Source of the DNA: an uncultured Lachnospiraceae bacterium | Lineage (GTDB): Bacteria > Bacillota > Clostridia > Lachnospirales > Lachnospiraceae | Assembly (NCBI GenBank): GCA_934408585.1 | Contig: CAKRVA010000003.1 | Span: forward strand, 139,509-203,508 | Length of the DNA: 64,000 nt | Reading direction: 5' to 3' | In this document: positions 37,749-46,283 of the stretch, piece by piece | Numbering within the stretch: the first letter of the stretch is position 1 | Layout: the number at the start of each line of letters is the position of its first letter | Program-made: the position numbers and the translations under genes | Notes under the pieces: generated by a model | The model's input: the letters and a program-made list of their open reading frames with translations, nothing else | Database searches by the model: none | Told to the model about the DNA's origin: nothing

Positions 37749-37784
37749 TTTTTGCCTCCTGTCAAATATAAATCATGCGCACAC

Positions 37785-37869
37785 AAAAAAGGTGCAAGTC
37801 ACAAAGCTGGACTTACACCTTTTGGTTACACACTATTGTTATCATACTCTGAAATGTTTTTTGATTCAA
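37785..37869 (-). promoter_or_regulatory. promoter followed by a 5'-proximal terminator-like hairpin in the MATE leader
   Basis: Minus strand: TTGAAT-17-TATGAT (37869-37841). About 11 nt after the predicted start comes AAGGTGTAAGTC-loop-GACTTGCACCTT plus TTTTTTGTG (37823-37785), then the RBS. Confidence 0.4.
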
Positions 37870-38029
37870 AGGACATTTTTAACAAAAATTTTCACGATAC
37901 TTCAAATATTCAACGAATTTTGCTGTTTGAACCGATATTTCGGGAAAAAAGATGAATCCTTGTGGAATATGTGCTATGATATAGCATAGTATTGGCACAT
38001 GATATTCCAATCGAAAAGAGGTATATTCT

Positions 38030-39199
38030 ATGGATTCAACATTAAAGCGTACATGGGCTGAAATTGATTTGGATGCCCTTACTCATAATTATCATGTTCT
38101 TCGTGAACGAATTGGAAAAGATGTAAAATTTCTAGGTGTGGTAAAAGCAGATGCCTATGGACATGGTTCTGTACAGGTCAGCCGCCTTTTGCAGGAGCTG
38201 GGTGCTGATTATCTTGCAGTCAGCAGCATTGATGAAGCCATTGAACTTCGTCATAACAATATTACCATGCCGATTCTGATTCTGGGACATACTCCCAAGG
38301 AACAGGTCAGCCAGTTAATCAAATATCATATCACGCAGGCAGTTACCTGCAAGGCAAAGGCTCTGGAATACAGTGAAGAAGCCGTACGCTGCAATGGTAC
38401 TCTGAAAATACATATCAAAGTGGACACCGGAATGTCACGTCTTGGTTACTTATGCGATGGGGACTATTTCGAAAACGGTGTAGAGGGTATCTGCGAGGGA
38501 TGTTCCCTTCCCGGTCTGGATACAGAAGGCATTTTTACTCATTTTGCAGTCTCCGATGAACCCGGGGAGCAATGTTGTGCCTATACCAAACACCAATTTG
38601 AATTATTTATGGATGTCATCCAGCAGGTAGAAAAAAGACTTGGCAGAAAATTTAAGATTCGCCATTGTGCCAACACCGGTGCCGTTGCACGATATCCCGA
38701 AACCTATCTTGATATGGTTCGTCCGGGACTCCTGCTCTACGGATATGGCGAATTTGCAGAGGAATTAGGATTAAAACCCGTCATGAGCCTTAAAACAACG
38801 GTCAGCACCATTAAAACTTATCCGGCAGGCACTGCCATCAGCTATGGCGGTATTTATGTTACAACACAGAAAACACGGATGGGCGTTATCCCTTATGGTT
38901 ATGCGGATGGATTTTTCCGCTCGTTGTCTAATAAGTGTCATCTGATGACCGCAGAAGGTCCTGTCCCACAGCGCGGTAAAATCTGCATGGACATGTGTAT
39001 GATTGACCTTACCGATAAAATGAGCGTGGATGTCGGAAGTGAAATTGAAATTTTGGGAAAGCAAAATTCCATTAACACACTCGCAGAGCTCGCAGGCACG
39101 ATTCCTTATGAACTTACCTGCGCCGTCAGCAAGCGTGTCCCCCGTTTTTATTATCAGAACGGAACGGTAATCGAAAAAGAGCTGTTACTGCGGGGCTGA
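38030..39199 (+). CDS. alr: alanine racemase
   Basis: VVKADAYGHG PLP-lysine motif and an overall Alr pattern, 389 aa. Confidence 0.95.
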   Translation: MDSTLKRTWAEIDLDALTHNYHVLRERIGKDVKFLGVVKADAYGHGSVQVSRLLQELGADYLAVSSIDEAIELRHNNITMPILILGHTPKEQVSQLIKYHITQAVTCKAKALEYSEEAVRCNGTLKIHIKVDTGMSRLGYLCDGDYFENGVEGICEGCSLPGLDTEGIFTHFAVSDEPGEQCCAYTKHQFELFMDVIQQVEKRLGRKFKIRHCANTGAVARYPETYLDMVRPGLLLYGYGEFAEELGLKPVMSLKTTVSTIKTYPAGTAISYGGIYVTTQKTRMGVIPYGYADGFFRSLSNKCHLMTAEGPVPQRGKICMDMCMIDLTDKMSVDVGSEIEILGKQNSINTLAELAGTIPYELTCAVSKRVPRFYYQNGTVIEKELLLRG

Positions 39200-40256
39200 T
39201 TTTCGTTTTCAGGACAACCGGAATTCCAATTCCTGCAAGCAGGTAAATCCATTTACCTGCTTCTGTTGCTCCAACGAGATATACATACCCGATATCATGA
39301 AAGAACATATCGGTATCAAACTCTGCACAGAGCGGCGTAAAAAGACTGCACAGATAAAAAATGCCATTTAACACCAGAAAAACTGCTATGTGATGCATCA
39401 TCACCGAATAGGTGCTTCGTCCAATCTGTATCATTTTGTCTGAAACATAAGGAATTCCTGCAAGGATTTTTGCAATGCGCAGCCAGAATGCAATACCGGT
39501 AATTACCGTAAGATATGGTACTACCGGACCATTTGCAAAGCTTCCCACCCAGACTGCACTGAATGCAAGTCCTGCACCGAAAACAGAAATCAAAATCTGA
39601 ATACCGATTACTATCAGGAAATATGGTCCATCTGCCAACGCATCATGACGTTCCAGTTTTTCCCGATAAATTCTTCCCATCTGAAATCCCGGCATCATAA
39701 AAAGAAGTCTGCCCGGGAATTTATAATATCCCCAAACATGTCCTCCAATTGCCAGCTGAACGGTTATGATTCCCAAAATCAAACAAATGGCAAAAATCAG
39801 CCATTCTTTTTTCAGTCGAAGCAACCCCAGCACTTTTCGCATAAGAACATTTATTACTTCAATCAAAAACAGCGCCGGTACAAACCATGCCGGAAAATTG
39901 TATAAAAACTGATGTCCATCCAAAAACGGAGATACGAAAAGTGTTTTAAACGACAGTTTTTCACCCATTGAAAAACCGACCATATGTAATATCTGTGCCA
40001 TGATTCCATAAAACAGGTTCCAAAGAAAATATGGAATAAGCAATATCTTACCTTTTCTCAATAGGTATCTGCAGATATGCTCTTCTGCCTCTTCCCTGTA
40101 AAAATAACCCGATACAAATAAGAAGATAAACACATGAAAAGAATAGTATGGAAATAGTCCTCCTAAATCAAATACACCATATCCTAAATGTCCCGCAACA
40201 ACAAGAATAATTCCGATTGCTGATAAAATTCGAAATTGTCTGTTTTCTTTTTCCAT
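39126..40256 (-). CDS. acyltransferase-3-family membrane protein
   Basis: ILSAIGIILVVAGHLG... with about 10 TM. The 3' end overlaps the alr 3' end by 74 nt. Confidence 0.75.
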   Translation of the reverse strand: MEKENRQFRILSAIGIILVVAGHLGYGVFDLGGLFPYYSFHVFIFLFVSGYFYREEAEEHICRYLLRKGKILLIPYFLWNLFYGIMAQILHMVGFSMGEKLSFKTLFVSPFLDGHQFLYNFPAWFVPALFLIEVINVLMRKVLGLLRLKKEWLIFAICLILGIITVQLAIGGHVWGYYKFPGRLLFMMPGFQMGRIYREKLERHDALADGPYFLIVIGIQILISVFGAGLAFSAVWVGSFANGPVVPYLTVITGIAFWLRIAKILAGIPYVSDKMIQIGRSTYSVMMHHIAVFLVLNGIFYLCSLFTPLCAEFDTDMFFHDIGYVYLVGATEAGKWIYLLAGIGIPVVLKTKISPAVTALFRLPFRSDNKNGGHAC

Positions 40257-40289
40257 TTGTTTTCCCTCTCTTTGACCGGTCTTAATATT

Positions 40290-42005
40290 TTAGATATCCT
40301 GCGTCAGCAGTTCATACGTGACGCCATATTTTTCTGCAATGTCCTGTGCATAAGACATTCCTTCGGGCGCTGCGATTTCCAGATGGAAGGAACGCTTTCC
40401 ATTCTCAGACCTCATCACAAGGGAAACTGCTTTTACATCCCCGGAAGTTTCATTCATTTCCTCAATGTCAAATGCCAGCTTATGCATATGTGTATTATAA
40501 ATGGTCCGGACTCCCTTGGCGAGAATCGCTTTTACCGCATCTTTTGCAATAAAGTATCCCTCTTCAAAAGACGTGGTTGAAAATGTTTCGTTTAATAGCA
40601 GCAGACTGTTTTGTGTACACGAAGAATACAATTCGCGGAATCTCTTACACTCCTCTCCAAGTCTTCCAAGGTCCATCGTTTTATCCTCGTCTGCCGGAAA
40701 ATGCGTCAAAATAGCATCGACCGGATGAAAAGCAAAGGCTTCTCCCGGCACAAAGATACCACCTTGCGCCAAAACAAACAAAATACCGATTGCCTGCGTA
40801 ATTGTCGTTTTTCCTCCCCGGTTTGCGCCGGTCAGAATATACACCAGATGCTCCTTGTCAAAACTGAGGTCATTGGTAACGATGGTTTCCTTATTTTCCA
40901 TCACAACCGATGCCAACTTCAAATTGTAAATTCCTTTTGCATGCATAATACGCTCTTTTGCATCGCCCTCTGCTATTTCCGCCTTACAGAAAGAAATTCC
41001 ATACCCTGTGAGCTTCTCAATGTATTCTGCCCATCGGATATAATAAATAAACTCCGGAATAAGCTTCGTGATGTCTGTAATCGTAATACATACGTATTTG
41101 TTTAACACTTCCCGAAGCTTCTTTACCACCTGGGAAAGCATCTTCTCCGTAACACGGTCCATGTACTTCGTAATTTCACTCATTGCGTCATCTTCCGGAA
41201 CAGAAGCAATCCCCCCTGCCATAACAGGATGTGCCATCGCCGTATTCAGTCTTCCCAAATGCTCGATGGTCCCTATCAGTTTATCGCCTTTTTCGCCAAA
41301 AGGATGATATTTGTATTTCTCATCCCAATCTGCTTCGGAATGAATGGAGTCCTTTGTTGAAATAGCATCACAGAAATTACCAATAATATTGGATTTTGTA
41401 AACGACTTACTGTTTACGGAAATAAGTCCGATTCCTTCTGCCTCAAAGCGTTCATTCAGATTAATTCCAACCGTCACACTTTTTATATTGGATGTGGTTG
41501 CTTTCAGGTTTTTGATATCCTTTTTCAGTTCTTCAAAACCCTGTTCCCCATATAAACTCTCCACGTATGCTTTTAATTCGTTCAGTCCCCGGGATTGAAT
41601 CTCTGCACCGGATAAGCAATCATGGAACGCCTCCACACATTGGATATATTCGTTAATTTCATCCAGACGGTGCATCAAGTCCCAAACCGTGGAGCTTTCT
41701 TCATAATCGCGTTTGAAGCTTCCGAAGTCCTGCAAAAATTTGATTTTATCTAGTATTTCCATCAATCGTTGACGCATTTTGGGATTTTTGTAAATATCCA
41801 TAAAAACATCACAACGATACTGCGTTACAAATGCATCATCCGTCATTTTGGACAGTACATTCAGAATTAATTTCTGCTCCGGCTCCTTCTGCGTAACCTT
41901 CTTCACAATAAAATCCAGTCCCAAATCATGCATTGTAATTTCAGATAAATCGTGAAATTCCGTTTCACGTTTCGGATAGAGCAAACTAAAAAATGTAGGA
42001 TTCAT
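40290..42005 (-). CDS. MutS-related ATPase (MutS domain V only; no mismatch-recognition or Smr domain recognised)
   Basis: Walker A GANRGGKTT, LLLLNETFSTTS, and NTHMHKLA. Start moved to the ATG at 42005 behind AAGGAGG. Confidence 0.8.
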   Translation of the reverse strand: MNPTFFSLLYPKRETEFHDLSEITMHDLGLDFIVKKVTQKEPEQKLILNVLSKMTDDAFVTQYRCDVFMDIYKNPKMRQRLMEILDKIKFLQDFGSFKRDYEESSTVWDLMHRLDEINEYIQCVEAFHDCLSGAEIQSRGLNELKAYVESLYGEQGFEELKKDIKNLKATTSNIKSVTVGINLNERFEAEGIGLISVNSKSFTKSNIIGNFCDAISTKDSIHSEADWDEKYKYHPFGEKGDKLIGTIEHLGRLNTAMAHPVMAGGIASVPEDDAMSEITKYMDRVTEKMLSQVVKKLREVLNKYVCITITDITKLIPEFIYYIRWAEYIEKLTGYGISFCKAEIAEGDAKERIMHAKGIYNLKLASVVMENKETIVTNDLSFDKEHLVYILTGANRGGKTTITQAIGILFVLAQGGIFVPGEAFAFHPVDAILTHFPADEDKTMDLGRLGEECKRFRELYSSCTQNSLLLLNETFSTTSFEEGYFIAKDAVKAILAKGVRTIYNTHMHKLAFDIEEMNETSGDVKAVSLVMRSENGKRSFHLEIAAPEGMSYAQDIAEKYGVTYELLTQDI

Positions 42006-42037
42006 ATTATGCCTCCTTGGTGTATATAATTTCATAG

Positions 42038-42802
42038 TCAGTCTGGTCTATATTTTTTCAACGAATATTGTTCCACAATTTCATCCCCTAAAAGGGTAAT
42101 TGCTTTTTGTGGACATTCGCTGATACATCGATAGCACATCGTACAGCGTTCTCCTGCTACTGCTTTTCCTCCGCTAATCCCAATATTCTTCATTGGACAG
42201 ACTCTTTCACACTTCCCGCATCCGATGCAATTACTCTGAATCTTTAACTTATCTGTGTATCTCCTGGTTTTATTATAGAACCATAACCGCTGTCCAAACA
42301 AACCACATAAATGCGAAAAAAATGAAATTCCTTCCTGCGGATAATTTCCACTCTGAATTTCTATTCCGACTCTTTGAATTTTTTCATCTGCCCGAGCTAT
42401 GATTTCTAAATTTTGGTCATCTGACTTTTTTAACAATTTACTGTCACAGACGGAGTCCGGCATGCGAATATGCAAGCCCCCTAAAATGGTAGCACCATAC
42501 TTTCTCAGCAATCTTGCTGCACATCCTGCACCATCACCCGAAAAGGCTCCCATTGTTGCCACACAAAAAATCTGTTTCCCCTGCCATAAATCTTTATTTT
42601 CGATAATAAAATCTCTCAACATAAATGGAATATTTGAAAATTGTACCGGATAACCAATATAAATTGTCGTATGTGCTTTTATTTTTTGTATGATTCCATC
42701 ATCTTCTAAAGCAACACATTCTGCTTCTTTATCCGTTTGAAATATCAATTTCTTCATACAGTATCTTGTATTTCCTGTACCACTTAAATAGATTCCTAAC
42801 AT
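42038..42802 (-). CDS. EFR1-family ferredoxin (flavodoxin-like domain plus 2x[4Fe-4S])
   Basis: IYLSGTGNTRY N-terminus, plus CIGCGKCERVCP and CTMCYRCISECP clusters. Confidence 0.75.
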   Translation of the reverse strand: MLGIYLSGTGNTRYCMKKLIFQTDKEAECVALEDDGIIQKIKAHTTIYIGYPVQFSNIPFMLRDFIIENKDLWQGKQIFCVATMGAFSGDGAGCAARLLRKYGATILGGLHIRMPDSVCDSKLLKKSDDQNLEIIARADEKIQRVGIEIQSGNYPQEGISFFSHLCGLFGQRLWFYNKTRRYTDKLKIQSNCIGCGKCERVCPMKNIGISGGKAVAGERCTMCYRCISECPQKAITLLGDEIVEQYSLKKYRPD

Positions 42803-42824
42803 ATTTCTCCAACATCCCTTCCGA

Positions 42825-43406
42825 TTATTTCAGACACTCATTAACAATCTCTTCCCATGAGATAGACGTTTGCACAGAATCCATGCATGCGATTGAGGCA
42901 AAGCCCTGCACAATTGCCCATGTTTTCAACAATTCTATTTCCTGCATTTCTTCATCCAGATCGATTTGATTTTCTGCAATATACCTCTTAAAAAGTCTCC
43001 GCAAAATCAAAAACGGCAGGTAATCCCCAGCATCTTCTTTTTCCATAGAGGTATGAACACGTAACTTTTGCTTATGAAATAAAAAGTAAAAATAATCCGG
43101 ATGATTGCGGAAAAACAAAATGTATCTCTTCCCCATCTCGTGGACTGCATTTTCTGCTGTACCATTTCCAGCCGCTGCAATTGCCTCTTCCAATTCATGA
43201 ATAAACTGTAACGTAACTGTTTCTTTGATTGCTTCCAACAGACTTTCCTTATCCTTAAAATGTGCATAGGGCGCCGCATGGGATACTCCACATGCCGCTG
43301 CAACTTTTCGCAGGGATAATGCTTCTTCCCCATACTCATTAATCATTCGGATTCCAGCTTCAATAAGCGCCTGACGCAAATTACCATGATGATAACTATC
43401 TTTCAT
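42825..43406 (-). CDS. TetR/AcrR-family transcriptional regulator
   Basis: HHGNLRQALIEAGIRMINEYGEEALSLRKVAAACGVSHAAPYAHF. Start moved to 43406. Confidence 0.85.
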   Translation of the reverse strand: MKDSYHHGNLRQALIEAGIRMINEYGEEALSLRKVAAACGVSHAAPYAHFKDKESLLEAIKETVTLQFIHELEEAIAAAGNGTAENAVHEMGKRYILFFRNHPDYFYFLFHKQKLRVHTSMEKEDAGDYLPFLILRRLFKRYIAENQIDLDEEMQEIELLKTWAIVQGFASIACMDSVQTSISWEEIVNECLK

Positions 43407-44493
43407 CCTGTGTTCTCTCCTTAATCTCACTCATTATCCAAAAGCTGTCTGAGGCATTCTCCCATAGCGGACTATGGGCTGCATTCTTTATAAGATAAAA
43501 ATCCTTCTCCGGTGCCTCCAGTTTTTCACAATACTCCCGGACCAGAGGCCATGGGCAGTTATAATCATATTCCCCACTCAAGAAAAATGCAGGAATTTCT
43601 AATCTGGTAATGGAATCTCTGTAATCAAAATTCTCGATTTCTTTATAAAACGTCGTCTTTCGATACATTTTCATTCCCCGGATATAATTAAATTTTTCAG
43701 AAATAGTATAGCAATGCGACATCATAATTGGTATATCAATTCCCCAGAATTCTGTTTCATTGTATGTCGTTCCACCACCCGCTTTATGCAAAAGATAAAC
43801 ATACGAATACCAATCTTTACACGTTATCTGCCCATCCACGGAAACAGAGACCAATTTATCCAGCTTTTTCAGAAGAGAGTGCTGCTTTCGCTCCTCAAAC
43901 CTGGATTTCATAAACTCGTACATCTGTGTATCTCTTTCTGAGGAATCCGTAACCACCTGCGCCATGCCAATATAGGCATAATAGTCTTCAGGGTTCTCCT
44001 GTACTGCTCTGATGGCAATGTTTGTGCCACCGGAAAAACCCATGATATAGATTTTATCCTGTTTAAAACGGGTTTTAAGATACTCCGTGACCTTCTTAGC
44101 ATCTTCTACCAAAACTTTTGTGGTAATTTCTTCCGGATTGATTTCAGAATCATATGCAATCCCCATTCCCCGATAGTCCCAATAGACGATTGTAAAAATA
44201 TCATCCAGATGCATATCCCTATATTTTTCATTAAAAAAATAGTCATCTGTTCCGGGACCACTTGAAACGAATAGCAGAACCGGGTTTGATAAATCTCTGC
44301 TATTAATAAAAAAGCCGTTGTTCACACCATTAATCTCAACAAGGCTTTTCTCCGATAAGCTATTCGGAATTTCATTCCCGGTTTCATCAAGGTATTCCTT
44401 TATTCTTCCGGTACTGATACTACTCCAGAATATGTATAGTATGATTATCAATAATACGGATAGAACCAATATATTTTTCGCTGTTGCTATCAT
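43396..44493 (-). CDS. alpha/beta hydrolase (prolyl-aminopeptidase-like) with an N-terminal TM anchor
   Basis: PVLLFVSSGPG oxyanion region and GFSGG nucleophile elbow. Confidence 0.8.
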   Translation of the reverse strand: MIATAKNILVLSVLLIIILYIFWSSISTGRIKEYLDETGNEIPNSLSEKSLVEINGVNNGFFINSRDLSNPVLLFVSSGPGTDDYFFNEKYRDMHLDDIFTIVYWDYRGMGIAYDSEINPEEITTKVLVEDAKKVTEYLKTRFKQDKIYIMGFSGGTNIAIRAVQENPEDYYAYIGMAQVVTDSSERDTQMYEFMKSRFEERKQHSLLKKLDKLVSVSVDGQITCKDWYSYVYLLHKAGGGTTYNETEFWGIDIPIMMSHCYTISEKFNYIRGMKMYRKTTFYKEIENFDYRDSITRLEIPAFFLSGEYDYNCPWPLVREYCEKLEAPEKDFYLIKNAAHSPLWENASDSFWIMSEIKERTQDER

Positions 44494-44530
44494 TTTTCTT
44501 TGCTTCTTAATCTGACTTCACCCATCTATC

Positions 44531-44579
44531 TTTACAGTGTCAATATTGGTATTGTATCATCGCATGTTGACACTGTCAA
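44531..44579 (-). promoter_or_regulatory. promoter with two 13-bp palindromes (candidate TetR operators)
   Basis: Minus strand: TTGACA-17-TACAAT. TTGACAgTGTCAA (44567-44579) overlaps the -35 and TTGACAcTGTAAA (44531-44543) lies just downstream of the -10. Confidence 0.5.
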
Positions 44580-44803
44580 GTTCTTGGGCACCTTTCTCTC
44601 TCCGGCCTGTCATCAGCCTTAATATATCTTGCATGGAATTCCATATTGATATCCCTGAGTTCTTTCTTTCCATCAATATAATCCTGATACATTTCAGCCA
44701 GTCCTGCCATACATCCATCACAATTTGCTTCTGTGTTTCCTAACGATTCTGCAACAATTTTCTCACGTTCTTCTTTTGTAGTTTCACTTATTAAATATTT
44801 CAT
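44576..44803 (-). CDS. small hypothetical protein (75 aa)
   Basis: MKYLISETTKEEREKIVAESLG... with RBS GGAGGAG. Start moved to 44803, directly after the stop of the upstream ORF. Confidence 0.45.
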   Translation of the reverse strand: MKYLISETTKEEREKIVAESLGNTEANCDGCMAGLAEMYQDYIDGKKELRDINMEFHARYIKADDRPERERCPRT

Positions 44804-44808
44804 TTTAT

Positions 44809-45195
44809 CTACTCCTCCATATTCCATTCAAGAATCCTCTCTTTTATCTCAACTTCATTGGCGTCAATCCATTTTTCATAGTAATACTTGTCTGATCGTT
44901 CAAATTCTAACAGTTCAGCTGTCGATGCGTCGTTTGTTCCCAATAACACCCCTCTATCATCCAATTTTAAAACATCGAATTCTCTTCCATCAATAACTAC
45001 ATAATTTTCAACCCTATATATTGCGTCCAAATCAGCTTTTGTAACCTTTTTTTGATATATTCCTCTTTTATTAGGGCCATCAAAAGAATCATCTATTAAA
45101 ACCTTATCCTTTGTGGAAATATAAATCGCCCCATTAATATCAACTGAATAGTTAAATGTATGTCCTCTGTATTCACAATAATTTCCTATTCTCAT
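44809..45195 (-). CDS. hypothetical protein (128 aa), possibly immunity-like
   Basis: ORF with no family recognised. Its ATG overlaps (ATGA) the stop of a start-less upstream open frame. Confidence 0.45.
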   Translation of the reverse strand: MRIGNYCEYRGHTFNYSVDINGAIYISTKDKVLIDDSFDGPNKRGIYQKKVTKADLDAIYRVENYVVIDGREFDVLKLDDRGVLLGTNDASTAELLEFERSDKYYYEKWIDANEVEIKERILEWNMEE

Positions 45196-45365
45196 TTATT
45201 CACCTCAAAAAAATGTCCATCTTCAAAAATCGTTACTGTAGTATCTGTGTTTCCGCCATCTGGATATGGTCTTGTTCCATCACCTATGTATTCATTATAT
45301 CGAAGGGTAACACATTTGTCACTGCACCCCAGGGGAATCCGGACATTTATTTTTGATTTCTGCCT
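45192..45365 (-). pseudogene. start-less open frame of 57 codons (possible 3' remnant of a lost gene)
   Basis: My translation is ...CSDKCVTLRYNEYIGDGTRPYPDGGNTDTTVTIFEDGHFFEVNK*. There is no ATG, GTG or TTG after the upstream in-frame TAG. Confidence 0.25.
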
Positions 45366-45423
45366 CTATCTATGATACATTTAGCATAGCATGATGAATC
45401 ACAGATAAAGGCAGGTATTTTCT

Positions 45424-46215
45424 ATGAAAAGTGTAGTCGTAACCGGTGCCAATGGTGGCATGGGAAAAACAATTTGTTCTCTTTTAACCCGAAAGGGTTA
45501 TCAGGTCTATGGTCTGGACTGCAAACAATCAGCTGGCCTTCCCTGTCATTTTATTCTATGCGATCTTACAGATTCTTCCTCGGTCAGTCAGGCCTTCAAA
45601 GAAGTTCAGGCAAAAACCGACTCTTTGGATGCCATTATACATACTGCCGGCATTTACGATTTGGATTCTCTCGTTGAAATAGATGAAGAACGTTTCCGCC
45701 GTATTTTTGAAATCAACCTGTTTGGCGCATATCGGATTAACAAAACATTTCTTCCTCTTTTGAAAAAGGGCAGTCGAATCATCCTGACAACAAGCGAACT
45801 TGCACCTCTTGATCCACTTCCCTTTACCGGAATTTATGCCATCACAAAAGCTGCTTTGGAAAAGTATGCCTTTTCCCTGCGTATGGAAGTAAATCTTTTA
45901 GGCATTTCTGTGTCTGTCATCCGTCCTGGTGCCGTGAAAACCGGACTTCTTGGCAATTCCACCCGTGCACTTGATTCCTTTGTACAGCATACGCAGCTTT
46001 ATCCCTGCAATGCCGCACGCTTCAAATCCATTGTAGACAGCGTAGAATCCAAAAGCATTGCTCCGGATGTAATTGCCCAAACGGTATGGAAAGCTTTAAC
46101 CGCCCGCCATCCAAAATTTGTCTATAATAAAAACCGTAACATACTGTTACGGCTTTTACATGTTCTTCCTGATGCTGTGCAGGTGTGGATTATTCGGGGG
46201 ATATTGCTTGGGTAA
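45424..46215 (+). CDS. short-chain dehydrogenase/reductase (SDR) family oxidoreductase
   Basis: VVVTGANGGMGKT cofactor motif and the YAITKAAL catalytic YxxxK. Confidence 0.9.
   Translation: MKSVVVTGANGGMGKTICSLLTRKGYQVYGLDCKQSAGLPCHFILCDLTDSSSVSQAFKEVQAKTDSLDAIIHTAGIYDLDSLVEIDEERFRRIFEINLFGAYRINKTFLPLLKKGSRIILTTSELAPLDPLPFTGIYAITKAALEKYAFSLRMEVNLLGISVSVIRPGAVKTGLLGNSTRALDSFVQHTQLYPCNAARFKSIVDSVESKSIAPDVIAQTVWKALTARHPKFVYNKNRNILLRLLHVLPDAVQVWIIRGILLG
46115..46215 (+). repeat. direct repeat copy A (the 3' end of the SDR gene)
   Basis: AATTTGTCTATAATAAAAACCGTAACATACTGTTACGGCTTTTACATGTTCTTCCTGATGCTGTGCAGGT... recurs at 48153-48255 with only a few differences. Confidence 0.9.
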
Positions 46216-46283
46216 TTAGTTTTGATTTTGATAAATTTCCCTTTTGCTAGTATTTCTCCAATATACTGTTCCCCCCATTATTC

